DNA of 64,000 nucleotides, taken from positions 242,116 through 306,115 of the forward strand of contig NMRA01000346.1 of assembly GCA_002633005.1 (NCBI GenBank). Reading direction: 5' to 3'. The notes under the pieces were generated by a model. That model saw only the letters and a list, made by a program, of their open reading frames with translations, made no database searches and was not told the origin of the DNA. Below, piece after piece: positions 13,421 through 27,650 of the stretch (position 1 is its first letter; each line of letters begins with the position of its first letter). The stretch is from Phoronis australis. Taxonomy: Eukaryota; Animalia; Phoronida. Position numbers and translations under genes: made by a program.

Positions 13421-13640
13421 TGCTGGTGGTGATTTCACGACTGGCGTGATGGACCACGGTATTCAAACCTCAAACATACTGGAGGCATACTGATGATGTA
13501 AATGGTACCCGATCGACCAACGGCTTTGCCGCGAACATGTGGCGTGGCAGGCAATAAGAAGCTAGAGGGCGCTTCGGTTACCGCTAGCAGGGCTTGGGCT
13601 GAGCACTCGGAGCAGTGATCCCGAGAAGTATGATACAAAT
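13421..13640 (-). other. Candidate exon (220 nt, GC-richer than its flanks)
   Basis: Strong acceptor TTTTGTTTTCAG| and donor GCA|GTAAGT; the phase-1 frame is open to a TGA at 13435-13437. Confidence 0.5.
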
Positions 13641-14939
13641 CTGAAAACAAAACGTTTTTCAGCATTAACTTTCTCAGTACTTTTTAAATTACGCCCAATT
13701 GCAACAGCTTGTGAACATTGGAAATAACCATAACTTATGTCTGTTTTTAATACATGTACATGTACTCTTTTGCTCAGTCAATGGTAATTTGTCAGGTGTC
13801 ACTCTGACACTTAATCCCAATGCTATGACATTTATCCACCGGAAACGAGTGATTGTCATGATCTATGCTTCCAATAATTGGTTAAACGTTCTACTTGCTT
13901 CTAGCATTGACAAGACTTCTGCTTGTGTGGTGAAAAGAATAATTTCTGCGCTACCACCCAAGCGAACTTTTCAATTTGTTTGAAAGAAAAACTACAACGT
14001 CCGAGGTACCTACAGAGCTACGCCGAAGAAAATTGGCAACCTTGAATTAAATTTGAAATAGGTGTCTATAATGAGCCATTATGAGCATAATCACAAAAGT
14101 TTCCTAATACTTGTGGTTTATTTTGACAACATATCACATGTCTAATCGATGCAAGCATCCCCGCCTGTTAAAGTTAAAGACCTTGGTGGAGTGGGTGTAT
14201 TTGGCACTGTTGATAGTCTTCTTAACACGTGACATTGGGTGTAGATAAACGCCAACTTCCAGTTTAAAGGTTATACAGAGCTCCAGGAAATTTTCCAAAT
14301 CTACTAACTTTCGAACATGATATCTCAGAAACGAGTGATAGGATTTAATCTTTGACTTTTGCAATAGTCATTAAACATAGCCAGAACTGTCATGATGTTC
14401 ATGAAAAACAATCGGAGGTGGCATAAAATGTAAACAAAACCATTGTTTAGAAAACTGAAATTAAGTTTTTGCAGCTCAGCTTGAACACGTATATCAAATA
14501 AAATTTGACCCAATTAATATCATACGTTTGACGTTAAAATTCTACATGCCTTTTCTTTGGAATGTATAGAATTTTACTCAGTTAAAATCTATAGTTTTGT
14601 AGTTATTTTTACGCTAAAATAGAACTCTTTAATAACAACGCCAGTGACGTTTTGGCGATCAGTGCAATAAGTACAGAAGGCTTATATAAAACTTTTACTA
14701 AATCCCTTCAGACGTCGCTGTCCAAATTAAGACTTTCTTCCAGGCTCTCGCGTAACCGTACATGTATATGATCTTGCACAGTGTCGTTCGGTTGAACACA
14801 ACTTTAGTTCATAATCAAATGAAATTTACTGACAATTAAAACCTAAAGTTTTAAGACGATTCTGACTCATATGATAAGTCTAGCCGAGTGCTAGGAGGGG
14901 TAGCACTGGCATTAACATTCTATATACAACTATGTAGCA

Positions 14940-15500
14940 CTATGGGAACCCAAAAGCATGAACTAACCGCTCCAAATTGAAATTCAAAGTCATGTTAGAC
15001 TCAGCGATCAGGTCTTTGGTGGTGGACAGGCGTTCAGCGCCACGTACAAACCGCATGAAATGGGGACGGAAGGTTTCAACTTACAGGTATAATCAGCGTT
15101 TTGACACCTTCCTTGCTGTTATAAGACCAGCAAATTTCCACTGCTGTGCTGTAGGGTGTACTGATACCTTACTGAAATATCACGGGATGAACAAGAACAT
15201 GATGTTCTATACTTCTCCCAACTACGAAGGAAAATCGGCGCAAAAGTCAGTGGATGCGTCTGACAAAGTGAGAGAATTTCGATCCCAACCCATGTCAAAA
15301 AGCTACAGTAAATTAGTGAACACAACCTAAACAAACAGTGGGAGGGATTGACACTGGGATTCAATCCTCTGTTTTGTTCTTAATGAACCACTATGTAGTA
15401 ATGAATTTCTGTTCACCGAATCCGAGAAGTCGGGACAAAGCGGAAGTCGCTTTCTCGTTCTCATTATTCTAAAGAGCGCCAAGATGAATAGTCCGCAAAT
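14940..15500 (+). mobile_element. THAP-remnant non-autonomous element family B, copy 1
   Basis: PANFHCCAVGC...FYTSP (THAP-like N-terminus); shares blocks CGATCA..GGTG..GTTCAGCGCCAC, GATCCCA..TGTCAAAAAGCTA and CTCATTATTCTAAAGAGCGCC with copies 2 and 3. Boundaries approximate. Confidence 0.7.
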
Positions 15501-15862
15501 CTGGTGTGCAAAAACAGGCTGAGTTGACTGGGAAGACGCAATTTCACTCGTTCAGGGAAATTTTGAGAAGTTGGACACTTTGTGTGAATCGTTCAAATAC
15601 CCCACTGCGCTGCAAAGAATGAATAAAAACCTTTGGAAATACTTTACCGAACTGCATTAAAACTATGCATTATGCAGAACGCCGTCCACCAATTAATTAC
15701 CCTATCACCATCTAGCGACAGCATATTTCATCATGTAGCAGCTATATCGGAAAATAGTTGTAGGCGATGACTCATTTAGCATAGCGTAAGGTATTTCAAC
15801 ATTGACTGGAGAATTACTTTGGGGCACAGTTTTGAACGAAATACTTGGATGTTTCTCAATAG

Positions 15863-16027
15863 CAGCACTGTAGTGGGACGTAGGCGCACGTAGGCGCAGC
15901 CAACCACCTTTTGGCATTTGAACGTAGCGCCTACGCACCGCAAGTTACGTTCAGTGTCCAAGGTGATACGGTGGGCTATTTGGGCGCCTACTTACAATGT
16001 ACCTTTAATTTTATCACTACAGCACTG
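15863..16027 (+). mobile_element. hAT-like MITE family A, copy 1
   Basis: Ends CAGCACTGTAGTGG ... TCACTACAGCACTG; flanks CTCAATAG / CCCAATAT (6/8 TSD match); high similarity to three other copies. Confidence 0.88.
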
Positions 16028-16959
16028 CCCAATATAAATAAACTGGTGAAGTAAGACCAAATAAACTTTAATTTCATGGATCAAGCTATCCATCATGTTT
16101 ACCTCTTGGAGTAGACTCGAAAATTTCCACCCCCACTACAACTGCTAGTCGCTCACAAAAAAAAAGGCATCATGTTGGTGATGACACTGGTTTAGGCAGA
16201 CTAAATAAGCACCCCTAAACAACCACGACATGACCACTGCTATACACTTGGCTTTAAATGCAGTGAGCCTTTACTGAACAATGTCCATAACATTCAAGCA
16301 GGTTTCTCATTTCTTAAATGAGATGTTTCAATTAAAAATGAATACGGTGAGCTTATAAAGTTGACGGTGTTGACGAAGTCAAAGCCTGTTGGAATTAATT
16401 GACTCAATGGCTACAATTCGATGATCAGTGTAGATTTAAGGACGATGCTTTAACGAGTTTTCATCGGACCTCTAAACGCGGAGGTAACTTATGTTAGTCA
16501 TAATTTGTCGCAATTGCTGTCCAATAACTAAAGAAGGATCAATGACCTGTGGGTATCGGATGAAAATTAATGACAGAATCTAAGCATGTTCCTCAGATTT
16601 CCGATGCTGGCAGTTCAACGACAACATCACAATCAACGGAATCACGTTTCATATGTATCATCGATTGATTAACTCTTCTAACATGATGGAATATAAACAG
16701 GTAATCGTTATTTTTGAGAATTCATTGTTGATTATTAGTTTACTTTTTGTAAATGTCAATTATGCGCACATTGCTGCGAAGACGTTTCCGGGTAGACTCT
16801 TTTGAAAAAACAACGTGACTGGTGACATATACGTGTGCACGATGGCATGGAATCATCAAAGAAATGCAGCTTGAAGTAAGTTGCAGGCTCTCGACTTTAA
16901 GCGCAGATGAAATTCATTAACACACGTCAAGTGATGTTCCGTTGCAGGTGAAAACGGTG

Positions 16960-17770
16960 ATTAGTATTTCACCAAATTTAAAAACGACATAAGAAAGACA
17001 AGGCAGACTATAAAGTCTGTTCTTAGTAACTCTGATATTAAGGCACCCTCATTTATTGAATCTCAAACAGGTTGCACACTCTTAAACACACTTGACTTTG
17101 CTAATGAATTTATCGACTTCTTCATTAAAATTGGACCAAAATGTGCTTCCCAACTGCCACAAACCGATACGTCATTTAATGAATTTTTAAACACGCCATC
17201 AAGTCATATCTTCCAGTTTGCACACATTGATGAACTAAAAGCAAAAAGCACAATCAAATCTTTAAAACACACCACAAGCACGGAACATGACAATATATCA
17301 ACAGCTCTCATAAAACTGCACCGATGGACTTTCACCTGCCCTCACTTTTCTGATCAATCAATCGCTTATATGCAGGGTGTTTTCTTAAACAACTCAAAAT
17401 TGCAAAAGTAATTCCAGTGATCTTGAAGTCTATGTCCTATCCATATATCGTCCATTAACCACAATACGCTCATTTCTAACTTATTTGAAAGAATTGTGCA
17501 TGAACAATCATATGCATTTCTTAGTAACAACACGATTCTCAATCAATACGGTTTTCGCGCAAACTTTTCTACTGAACTTACTGCTCTTGAACTTCTCGAC
17601 AAAATACACACTTTTCTAGCCAAATATCAGAATCGTTTGACAATATTTATCGATCTCCCAAAGGTATTTGACACCATTGATCACAGAATTCTGCTACTGA
17701 TATTAAAATACTATGATATTCGCAACAAGTTATTTATCAAAGAGACAGCAGTTCTTATCTGTTGACAAAC
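16960..17770 (+). mobile_element. Decayed CR1/L2-group LINE fragment (N-terminal part of RT)
   Basis: ORF 17496-17765 reads NQYGFRANFSTELTALELLDKI...IFIDLPKVFDTIDHRILLLILKYYDIR (QYGFR and FIDL.KAFDT.DH.ILL motifs). Upstream frameshifted pieces include STEHDNIST, LKIAKVIPV and YRPL. Truncated before YADD. Confidence 0.88.
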
Positions 17771-19663
17771 ACAAATCTGTCAACTTCGGCTGTTTTCTAA
17801 CCGAATTCCAGTTAAACAGATCGCAGTCAATCAAAACAAGTAACATTGTCAGGGGATGTCAATAGCATACTGAAAAAGACTCTGGATTGTTGGTGTGAAA
17901 AAGTTCTAGGAAAGGATCTGCGATGAAGTTCTCCTTAGGGGAGGGCTTTGGAGAAAAGAGATCGACCTGTGGCATTTGCTACACCTCTAGCCACCAAACG
18001 TTCAATGGCCCTTTTGTAAGGTGCAATGGTCCTGCCAAATTCCCTCCTTTACGTATTGAGGGAAATTTTACACTGGAAATTTTATCCACTGTTGCTTAAT
18101 GTGTCGTCCAGCTTGATCCATATATGGGTCAAGACAATCTCACATCCTCTCTGCTGTCTATACAGCCTAAATTACGAAAAAGGTTCCAAGACAAAAAGCA
18201 GTATGGCATACAAAATAAGGTGACCTTTAACCATCTTGTAGTTGGTGTCTCAGACGCATTCAACGGACTTTCAAACACGAATCACTCCAGAAAAAAGGGC
18301 CACATACTCGGATTTTTGTTAGTGACTCACGTTTTGATTCATTAGCACTTGGTTCAAGGTCAGTAAAGTGAGTTCCATGTCGGAGACTCCTGTCCCTGCC
18401 CTAAATTTGTGATCTATAACTTGTTTAACAAACAGATGTCACACGTGGATTGAAACACAACCGTGACAACACTAATTTTGTAAACAATAGAGGCAGAAAG
18501 TTTGACGTCACGCATAGTAACAGATATACTACTTTGGTTAAAAAGCACACACGGCGCATTTATTGTGATTTCATGAAGACCACCAGTTTACGCAAGTTTA
18601 AAGAGGACTCGAACGGAACAACTGGTACAAAAAACCTTTTAAACAGATCCTGACGAGTTTACATCTTAGGGATACTACCGTACACGTAAGAGTTATTGAG
18701 TTTGATTATTGCAAGAATTTTTAATAAAAGCGTCTGATTCACTATTTGTTTTAAACACAGATAAAACAAACATTCTTTCAACCCAACACACTTTTCAATT
18801 TCTTCATACCTTATAATAGGTACGCGCGTATGCGCGCAAATAATTACCTGTAAAAATTTCCCAAGTGCGTAACCACCATTGTCACCAAGGTCACATTTTC
18901 CATATAGGGAAATGTGCTACGCCAACGTCTTGCCATACCAAAAAATAAGACTTGCTTTGCATTGTGGGAGAAACGTCGACGAAATGACGAGTAATTGGCA
19001 TCGTTTTTTTAAATTTAAAACTGAAGGAAAAATAATATACATCAACAGCAAGTCAAAATATATACGAACAAAGAGTAAAACTATCCTCTGAATAGTGACT
19101 TCTGTTTCAGTGGCAGGGAACCACTTTGGCTAATGCATGTTAGTCTAGTTTTAGCTCTCTATGCCACTTTAGACTTGTTTCATGCATTGTGGTTATTGAT
19201 ATGTCAGCATGTATGAACAGCAGTATTGGCGAAGGTGTTCGAGATATTTAAACTATTCACACAGGCCTTAGTTGATCGTTCACGTTTCCCTCAACAATGG
19301 ATGTTGATATTCAAAGCATTGTACCGTGAAACCACCAAACCAACGCTGTGCGGTCAGGTCGTCAAGTTATTGTTTGTACCCGAATGACCGGCTTATGACA
19401 TTAACAGTTTTATCCTTATTGATATTTCACCTGGTGACAAGTGGGCTCTAGATTCAACCAAGAGCACTCTGAACAGTATGTGAGCAACAGCTATTTAGAT
19501 ATTGCGTTTGCTGGGAGGGGGTCAACACGGGCCCATTTGGCGCCCTCCTGGTTTGCACTCCTCCCTTGTACTCCACCTGGACCCACAGGAGCAATCACTA
19601 AAATTATGTAGTTCACGGAAGTATGAAATGTTATAAGGAACGATAATTTTCCTTATTAAGAAC

Positions 19664-19819
19664 CAGTGCTGTAGTGGGGCTTAGGCGCAAGTAGGCTCAG
19701 CCAACCACATTTTGCCATTTGAACGTAGCGCCTACCCACCGTAAGTTACGTTCAGTGCTCAAGGTGATACGGTGGGATCTGGGTGACTACTTGCCTCCAA
19801 ATTTACCACTACAGCACTG
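19664..19819 (+). mobile_element. hAT-like MITE family A, copy 2
   Basis: Perfect 14-bp TIR CAGTGCTGTAGTGG / CCACTACAGCACTG; 8-bp TSD TTAAGAAC / TTAAGAAT. Confidence 0.92.
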
Positions 19820-21682
19820 TTAAGAATTCAAACATGAAACAAAATCATGATGGCTTTTGAAGGGAGCTTCAAGAGAATGAAACCTAATACATTTAATATT
19901 GATTAAAACACGTATTTTCACTCTCATTCGATTATAAGTGGGTGTTAGTTTACGTATTTTACCCATTTTCAGGCACACGGTAATTTTATTACACTTCGAA
20001 CGTCATTAAAGAATGAATTTATCAGTGTTTACATGGTTTGGACTGCGCCGCTAAATTAGTGTTGCTTATTCACCACTTGTGGCGCTAGTGTTTCTATCGA
20101 TAACCATTGCGGGGAATAGCCAGATGGTGGAGTGAACTATCTTATTCTATGTACACTCCTTGGTTCAACTACGTTCCCGCACATAACAGTGACTGTATTC
20201 ATGGCTGATTCGTTTTGCTTACAAGATTTTGTTTTGATTTATTTGTTTTCCAGAACTGTGTACCAACTTGTGGCAACATTGAATGCGTTTCCTAACGCAA
20301 CCTGCAGTAAGCCGTCCCGACATAATCGACCCTGACGGCATCACTATAGAAGTACCGTACTCGTGCGAAAGTATGTCTTACTAAAATTTACAAACTTTCA
20401 GAAATATGCAATACAAAACTCGAATATACGTAGAGTTGGACTCTCATTGCTGATTTTCTCTGACATATTCTCCGGCCTTCTGAGCATGGTGATCTATATT
20501 GTCCAGTTTTAAGTCAACATACATTTCACCTATACTTGCAATTACTCATGTCGCTCTACAAAATTGGGCCGAAACACTCTTTTTGCTCTATGAGATTGCT
20601 TGATTCTAACGAATGCCGCGTAGAGACACCAACAGCAGTCAGTCTATGTAAGCAAGCGTCACGGCAGTCTCAGTAACCAAGCGTCACGGACTCTACATGG
20701 AGCTTAGGGGACACAGAACTGGGCTTTGCCTAGCAGAACACAGGTCAATGGACTTGTCACCTTTTGTTCACTCTGTCAAAAATGCACGCAGAGAATGAAA
20801 AGTTTTGCGTCCTTGCATATCAAAAGCCCTACAGACGAGAATTAACGGAAACTCCATTATCTTTTGTGTTTTGGCCCTTTCACTCCTACTGAAAAGCAAG
20901 GTAAGTTCAAAACAGAGCAGAAACCCACAAATTTGACAGTTTTCAGCCCAAAGCCACCATTTCCCTGCCAATGAGAAACATAATCAAATTTCAAACAGAT
21001 TCCAAAAAATGAAGTCCAATAGTGCAGTTACCCAACTAGAGTTTTGAAATTCTGGCTTTTTTGAGGTCTACCTAAATGGTAGCCGATTTCCCAGTTGCTA
21101 CCTAGCAATGCAAAGTGCAACAGGGGGTGCCACCGTCTTGATGAATAGCGGCCCAAATGGTCTGTTCTGATTCTCAACATGTGCACAAATACGAGCAAAG
21201 AAGATTCACTAAACCTACTGCAACGCCTACCTCAAAACACCCCAAGAGCACATTTTTTGGAATTGCACAAAAACTGTTCAGTGCCAGCTAAAGATATGCA
21301 GTGACTTATGGAAAAGCAGCCGATCACGTGGCACTTGTCACACCTATCGCCATCTGGCTCTACCAGAAGGAATTTATTCTTAGTTGCCGAGTGGTACATA
21401 GGAATATTTTGCCGTCGTAAAAGACCACTTTTCAGGGTATGTGAGTGGCCGAGACGAGTTTTAAACAAAAGTTGAATTGCCTCCTCGCCCTCTAGAGGGC
21501 AATAACGTCTGGTTGCACGTGATCACTCATCACTCTGCTGCTTGACAATATTCCATAGTATCTAAATATTACTCCTTTTACTTCGTTATGCAATAAGATC
21601 ATTATCAAATCAAAACAAATTGTCCAACCTGTGAAAACGAGAAAGATATGCAATGTTTAGTTGATTTGATTACGAAGACATA

Positions 21683-22092
21683 GGGCCCGTTTTGTGACTT
21701 TTTTCTGTCTGACCTTAGACCGAAATCCGGCTAACGGAAGACAAAAATGTCTTAGTATGGTTTCATGACATTTTTTAAGACCAACATTACGACCGAACTC
21801 AGTTTAATCTAAGACCAAAAGGTAACCTGCTACAGAGAAGGCTTACGATTGGACTTTTGAACAATATTATTCTTGAAACCGTGTTTCACACTCTGCCTTG
21901 CTTAGTTTTGTAAATTCGCAGCAGGTGGCGAAAGTGTACGTCAAAACCGACTTAATTTCTATCTAAGTTAAAACTGAAGACCAAATCCGTTTATGTGTTC
22001 ATGAAACAATATTTTCAGAATTTTCGTCTTCGCTCTTAACAATTTTTTGGTCCTACGACTGAAGCTTAAAGTCATTTTCGTGAAACGCACCC
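21683..22092. mobile_element. Probable PIF/Harbinger-like MITE
   Basis: Starts GGGCCCGTTTTGTGA and ends TTCGTGAAACGCACCC(AG); internal inverted CTTAGAC / GTCTT / AAGAC motifs. Confidence 0.5.
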
Positions 22093-22902
22093 AGGCCTAG
22101 CAATTTTCAAAAGACAAACACATTACCCACAATTCTCCGTTTACGCAGTTGTCCCAAACCGTATCATGTGATCTGGCGTTGCATCCAGATCACCGGTGAC
22201 TACAAAACTTGACAAGCTGCTCGCACGGCTGTAGCAGATTTGTTACAACTAGCTTATCAAGGAAAATGTGGCGATGTAATTGCGACTTGATAAAAACGGA
22301 GTAAAACGGATAACTTTTCTGAAGTCATTGATTGCTGTCATATAACTTGTTAAATATCCGTTCTCGCATTTCATAATGTAGCTCAAACTTAAAATCGAAC
22401 CTGGCTTTGACTTTTTACTGACGTTTCCACTTTATAATGAACTGCACGACACATAGTTTATCTCTTCAACTGATCGCAGTAAGATTACTAAAACGATTGC
22501 CTGGAGTGAGACTGATTTTAATGGCTGCTCGAGGTACGCGGGTTTTAAGTGCGGCGCAGCGTGGGATTAAATCTTGGTGAGAACAGACAGATGAATGAAA
22601 TCCAGACCTCTTTTCATTTGATAAAATAAAGGAGTCTTAGAATTTGTACGACCATACAAAAGAGTGGGTTGATTTAAAATCCTAGCCGTCGAAAAAGTGC
22701 TCGAAAGTATATTACTGAACATGAGAATTGTGTTTTTAATTTATCTCCGAACTGTAGCCGTAAATTCAATGATTGATTGAATGTCAAACTAGGTGTTAAT
22801 TTACCATTCATGCAGTGCTAATCGGTGTGACAGTACAAATGAAGATGAAAATTAAAAACTGACTAAGGTAATTGGATCTCATCACATTTAAATATCACTT
22901 AC

Positions 22903-23109
22903 CAGGAAACAAGGTCCCCTCTGTGATTATTGTACAATATTTTGCCAGGTCATCTTTGCTCCCCAAGATGAGACGGTCTTCGATCATGAATATTCCGTCT
23001 CGTTCATTTGCACACGTTGGCTCAGTATCAGCGTTTATATTGTACCATAGTGGTATCATGCCAAAATACGGTTCGAGTTGTCCACAAACATTGAAGCACA
23101 ATAACGACA
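22903..23109 (-). CDS. Candidate coding exon of an unidentified gene
   Basis: Open frame SLLCFNVCGQLEPYFGMIPLWYNINADTEPTCANERDGIFMIEDRLILGSKDDLAKYCTIITEGTLFP ends at a consensus donor CTG|GTAAGT. The 5' boundary is uncertain (weak acceptor) and no homology is recognised. Confidence 0.4.
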
Positions 23110-23467
23110 CTACATGTACATGTATGTCGCGGCCACGTTTAGAACTGGATGTTAAAGCTCGCGTATGATAAATTTCCCTAAGATAGCTACAACAAAATAC
23201 GACAGTGGTATTAATCACATTTTGCTCCGAGTGATCATTTCTCCGGCTAAAACAATGTAATGTACGTGCAAAAAGCACGTGTTTACGAGAAGAAACGCAC
23301 ATGTATTCGTTAAAGGGTATTTCAAGGAACCGTTTGGCACTGCGCAAACTCAATCCAGGCTCCGTTCTGGGGTAAGAAACTTGATTAGAGGTGTGTGAAT
23401 TTTCCTAAAATCGCCCAATTCCTTAAACAGTTAGCGCTGATCAGTCACATCATGTAGAAGCCGGATG

Positions 23468-24020
23468 AATAAGTGACTTTCGAATTAGCCGCGCCATATT
23501 GAAATTCACTAACTCGCCAGAAGGCGATCACGTGTTTGGTGGAAAAGCGTTCAGCGTCACATACTGTAAATGTACAGGCACCATGTACAGGTAATGCGGG
23601 CAGGAGCTTTCAACCTATTGGTATAAAGATGTTTGAACACCTTTCCTGCCCTTATAGTGCCGGCAAATTTACACTGCTCTGTGGTAGAAGGTCTTATAAA
23701 AAAGGCAAACCCTTTGAAATATCAATGGATGGACAAGGGTACAGTGTAACATACATTTCTCACTGCGAAGCGCGACAACGCGAGTGGCTGCGTCTGATAA
23801 ACGAGGATAATTTCGATCCCAGCCGATGTGAAAAAGCTAAAATAAAGAAGAGAACTTAAGCTACTCAAACAAGGGGAGTGGCTGATAGTGGTAATTATTC
23901 CTCTGTTTTTAAATTGATGAAACATTATTTTGTAATTGAATTTCTGTCCACCAAATCTGAGTCGGGAGTCACTATCATGCTCTCATTATTGTAGAGAGCG
24001 CTAACATGAAGTTCCTTATT
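23468..24020 (+). mobile_element. THAP-remnant element family B, copy 2
   Basis: REWLRLINEDNFDPS (THAP W..I.R..F.P motif); imperfect inverted ends AATAAGTGACTTTC / GAAGTTCCTTATT; homologous to copies 1 and 3. Confidence 0.72.
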
Positions 24021-25879
24021 GCTTTCCTTCTCAACAGTGAAAATTACACCTAATTTGCTTTGGCTTTTAGATAATCGCTGTATGAGTATTTCAGTAGGGT
24101 TAGCGATCTTCTACTACGGGCTTCGGAATTTCTTAACCCGACACTAGACTAATTTGTTTGACAGACAGCAAACGCGGGCCAAACCAACAGCATGCAATAC
24201 ATCAGAATAACAATGAAGTAAAATTGTTCTACATTAAGGACAGGCGAAAATGTTGACCATAAATTTCGACAGAGAGAAACTAAATCTGACATAAGCCTCA
24301 GCCGGCGGCGAAGGCGCAGACCCCGGGTGAAGATGGAGGACTGTTTTAACAGAATATAATCACCGAATATTGCCGGTGGTAGAGACGCGAGGAACCTTTC
24401 GTCTACCAATTTTCACACAACTGAAAAGGTAAATAGATTTCCAGTTTCCACCGGAGACTCCGGCGACTTCTGGCGACCGACTTCATGAATAGTGAGCGAC
24501 GGCACAGTTTTAGAAAATACTTGAAGTATTGACAAATGGTATACTTAAATTATTAATGAGCTCAAAGTATAAGGAAGAACTTTTCTTAGGCCAGATGCGG
24601 TCGTATCGACTAGCCACTGTACTAACGGAACCCCGGCGGACTAGAATAGTTTCCCGTCGCCAATAGTCAGCTACTTTGTATTCACTGTCTAGTCCTTCCC
24701 GTTGAGCGCAGCCGTTTGGCCAGTTTCCATTTTCGATCGTGGAATGTTAAACAATAAAATATCAGACGACAGAAATATATTTACTGTATCCTTTTCTTAC
24801 GTCCGTCTGTTTTGTCTAATGATTGCATTTTAAACTCAATGTAGCAAGTGTGAAGTGCGCGACGAAGTAATACACGTCAACTCTAGGGGGCGTCATTGTG
24901 GTAGTCAGCCAGCCACAATGAAGCACAGGCACGCTTTACTACTTCAAGTGATTAGTGCAGTGTTTTGAGTTCGAAAATTTGATTTGCTTCTTGAAAACCA
25001 TCATGTGTGGATGTTTTGAATATCCCTTTACACATTTAACGGCCAACAAGACCGGATTCATCCTAGCAAACTTACCAAGTGTGTTGCCGCAAGACGCGCC
25101 AACTCCTGCTACAGGCAGTTGCCTCGAAATGTGTCTACCGGTTTCACAATAGGACAATTAAGTAAGGACAGTAACGCCCCTAGACCTTTTTCGCAACCTA
25201 AAATTTATTAGCAGAAAGGTCTTATAGCTAAAACTAACGTACCGTCGCCATGTGACGATTTTGCCGTTATTTCAAATTATATTTAAATACAACTCGTCCG
25301 TATGCACAGAAATAGCTAAAAGGTTGGACAGCAGACAACCGAATTTGTATAGCAAGATATGAAATGCAACATCTGTTTTACGCTAAGTTGATGTCAGCAC
25401 GTTTTCAAAGTCAACAGGATCAGCATTCAGGGATTGTTTCTGAACTGGTGCAAGGGGAACCCAGGTCACGGTAACAAACGAGAATACTCGATGACTTTCT
25501 GTTTTAGGCCGAGGCACAAAATCGCGTGGAAAATACTAGTAGTTTGATACCACGAGAGAGGAAAAAATATAGCATGATAAGAATTACTTAATTTGGTAAT
25601 AATTTTCAAATTTTTATAACTACAATACCCTCTTAAGATAAGGTTATTAATCCTTGCAACCTGGTGTAGGTAGTCTTATATTGTGATGCCCATGCTTTAT
25701 CAATAAGATGGGACTTATTTGAACATATATCCAGTCTGCAAATAATTATAATCCGAGACTGGCTTGTCATAAAACGTTACCCGTGTTAGCAGTAGAGACG
25801 AAAATGATTCGCGTAATTTTCACCACAAAATGGATCGATTCGCACCGCCCGTTCACAATATTTACAGGAAATTTAGTAT

Positions 25880-26017
25880 TAGCACATGTACACACATTAC
25901 TAATGCCTGAGAAGATAGAGACCTGACTCAGAGGTCTAGGAAATGGGGTCCAATGGAATTTAAACCTGCGACCTTGAGAACATGAGGCGGACCCTCCACC
26001 CACTAGGGCACACCGCC
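25880..26017 (-). mobile_element. tRNA-derived SINE head (Met-like CAT anticodon loop)
   Basis: GGCGGTGTGCCCTAGTGGGTGGAGGGTCCGCCTCATGTTCTCAAGGTCGCAGGTTTAAATTCC: degenerate A and B boxes at tRNA spacing, but no intact acceptor stem. Confidence 0.6.
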
Positions 26018-27650
26018 AAATGAAAACCTGGGGTCTTTTTGTCGTATTATCAATGGCCAGAAGTTCGCGTATTTATTTGAATATGGCGTTAAGTCTCTAC
26101 CCGAGCAGGCTACGGATTTCTGCCGCTTGGCTTCGAGTTCTAGACACATCTTAGCCTGATTGCGTGAAACAGACTAAGCCATTGGTAGACTGACTTTTAG
26201 CCGGCGAAACTGGTCCGATAAAAATTTGCCTGTTCATGCTAGATACCAAGATGTACGGCACTCAATTTGCGCATGCGCGAATCGCCATGGGAGACTTAAT
26301 GTTTTGGGGTTCATTCTTACTTCTCACTGCATTAACAATCACTCCACGTGATATCCGAACGTCCTAAGTTTTATGGCGCGCGGAGGTTCACCCAATTGTG
26401 CAAAGTATACTCGGTCTGTGACTAATCACACACTGTTGCCTTACGCCTTCGACAGAAGAAACAGTTTAAAGTGATCTAACAAAACTCTAGATTGTGTTTT
26501 TAAGTGACCACATTGTTGTCTTACTCTGTTTCAGTTCTAATCCTCGTTGATAATTATGCGAGCAAGACAAACCACGCTTCCTATTACCGGACTGAAATAT
26601 CAAATAAGAAAAAGCCTTATATTTCTTTTAAATTATATTTTTACTTATGTGTGCATAGTTCTCTTTCAAAGACGGCGTCTTGGAGGATTTTGATGCTGAT
26701 CACGATTGTGATGATTATGGGGGTGGTTGTGTTTTTTTTTTGTTCGGCGCCCCGCACTAAAACAGAGTATCGTAAATAGAAGCGTGGTTACTGAGCAACT
26801 GTCGAGTGCGTAATTGGCCAGATATTCACCAAAGACACACAAACAGACATTCCTACACAGATTCTAACCATCTCTTTACCAATGACTCTTTAGTGAGGGG
26901 TTATCTCTCAAGTGAGGGGTCGATAGCTCGCTATGTGACTATTTCGTAGTCAAACCAACTTCATAGTTAATTACTAAAAAGTATTTTAAGGCCCTGGTTT
27001 CTAATTACACTATTTGTTCAGTTTTGTATTGTTATTTTTCAAAAGTGCTATGGCTACAAATGAGAACGACGCCTGCACAATTAGCACCGTCATTCACATT
27101 AAGTCACACGACTGTGTCTTCGATTCCCTTCTTGTTTTTACCATATGACAGAAGTTAAACTGAATATTATTCACATTTGTCTTACTTTCCTAAAAGGAAC
27201 GTTACATCCGTATTGCGACCCACTACACGACTACGGTTTTCCCCCATTCTGAAATTAAATGGATTCCATATATGTTATTTTTCACGACGAACCTTCACCT
27301 TTTCGGTACACAAAGGATAGTTTGCTGGCATAACCAGAACACTGCATTTCTAAAGCATATTGAGAGGATGCATCATCCGAAACATCCACAAGTATCAACG
27401 AATGATATTTTTCAAATACACTTATATAGGTACAGCACACGTTGGCAGCTGGCAACCCATGTGCTTCATACGTCAATACTGGAAAATAGTACATGTACTG
27501 GCAATTTCATGTTACGTTATACAGAGATCGTTCGATTTAAAAGTATAGGCTATTACTCCAAAGTGCAATTTCGATAGTTCAATTAATTTGGCTGGTTTCA
27601 TAGAGAACGAAACAGCATGTGATTTTATGCGACTAGACAAGTTACACCAG

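Noticed and set aside
14977-15330. Intact host THAP-domain gene
   Set aside because: All three homologous copies are frameshifted or truncated and lack the C-terminal Cys/His ligands; treated as transposon remnants.
17850-18240. Coding-looking minus-strand segment starting MVKGHLILYAILLFVLEPFS*
   Set aside because: Stops interrupt the frames I translated and no motif is recognised; possibly an old TE or pseudogene fragment, but unsupported.
21232-21468. Cys-rich 78-aa ORF resembling a zinc finger
   Set aside because: Non-ATG start and no canonical Cys spacing; lies in sequence resembling a dispersed repeat (similar AAAACACCCCAA context at ~49480).
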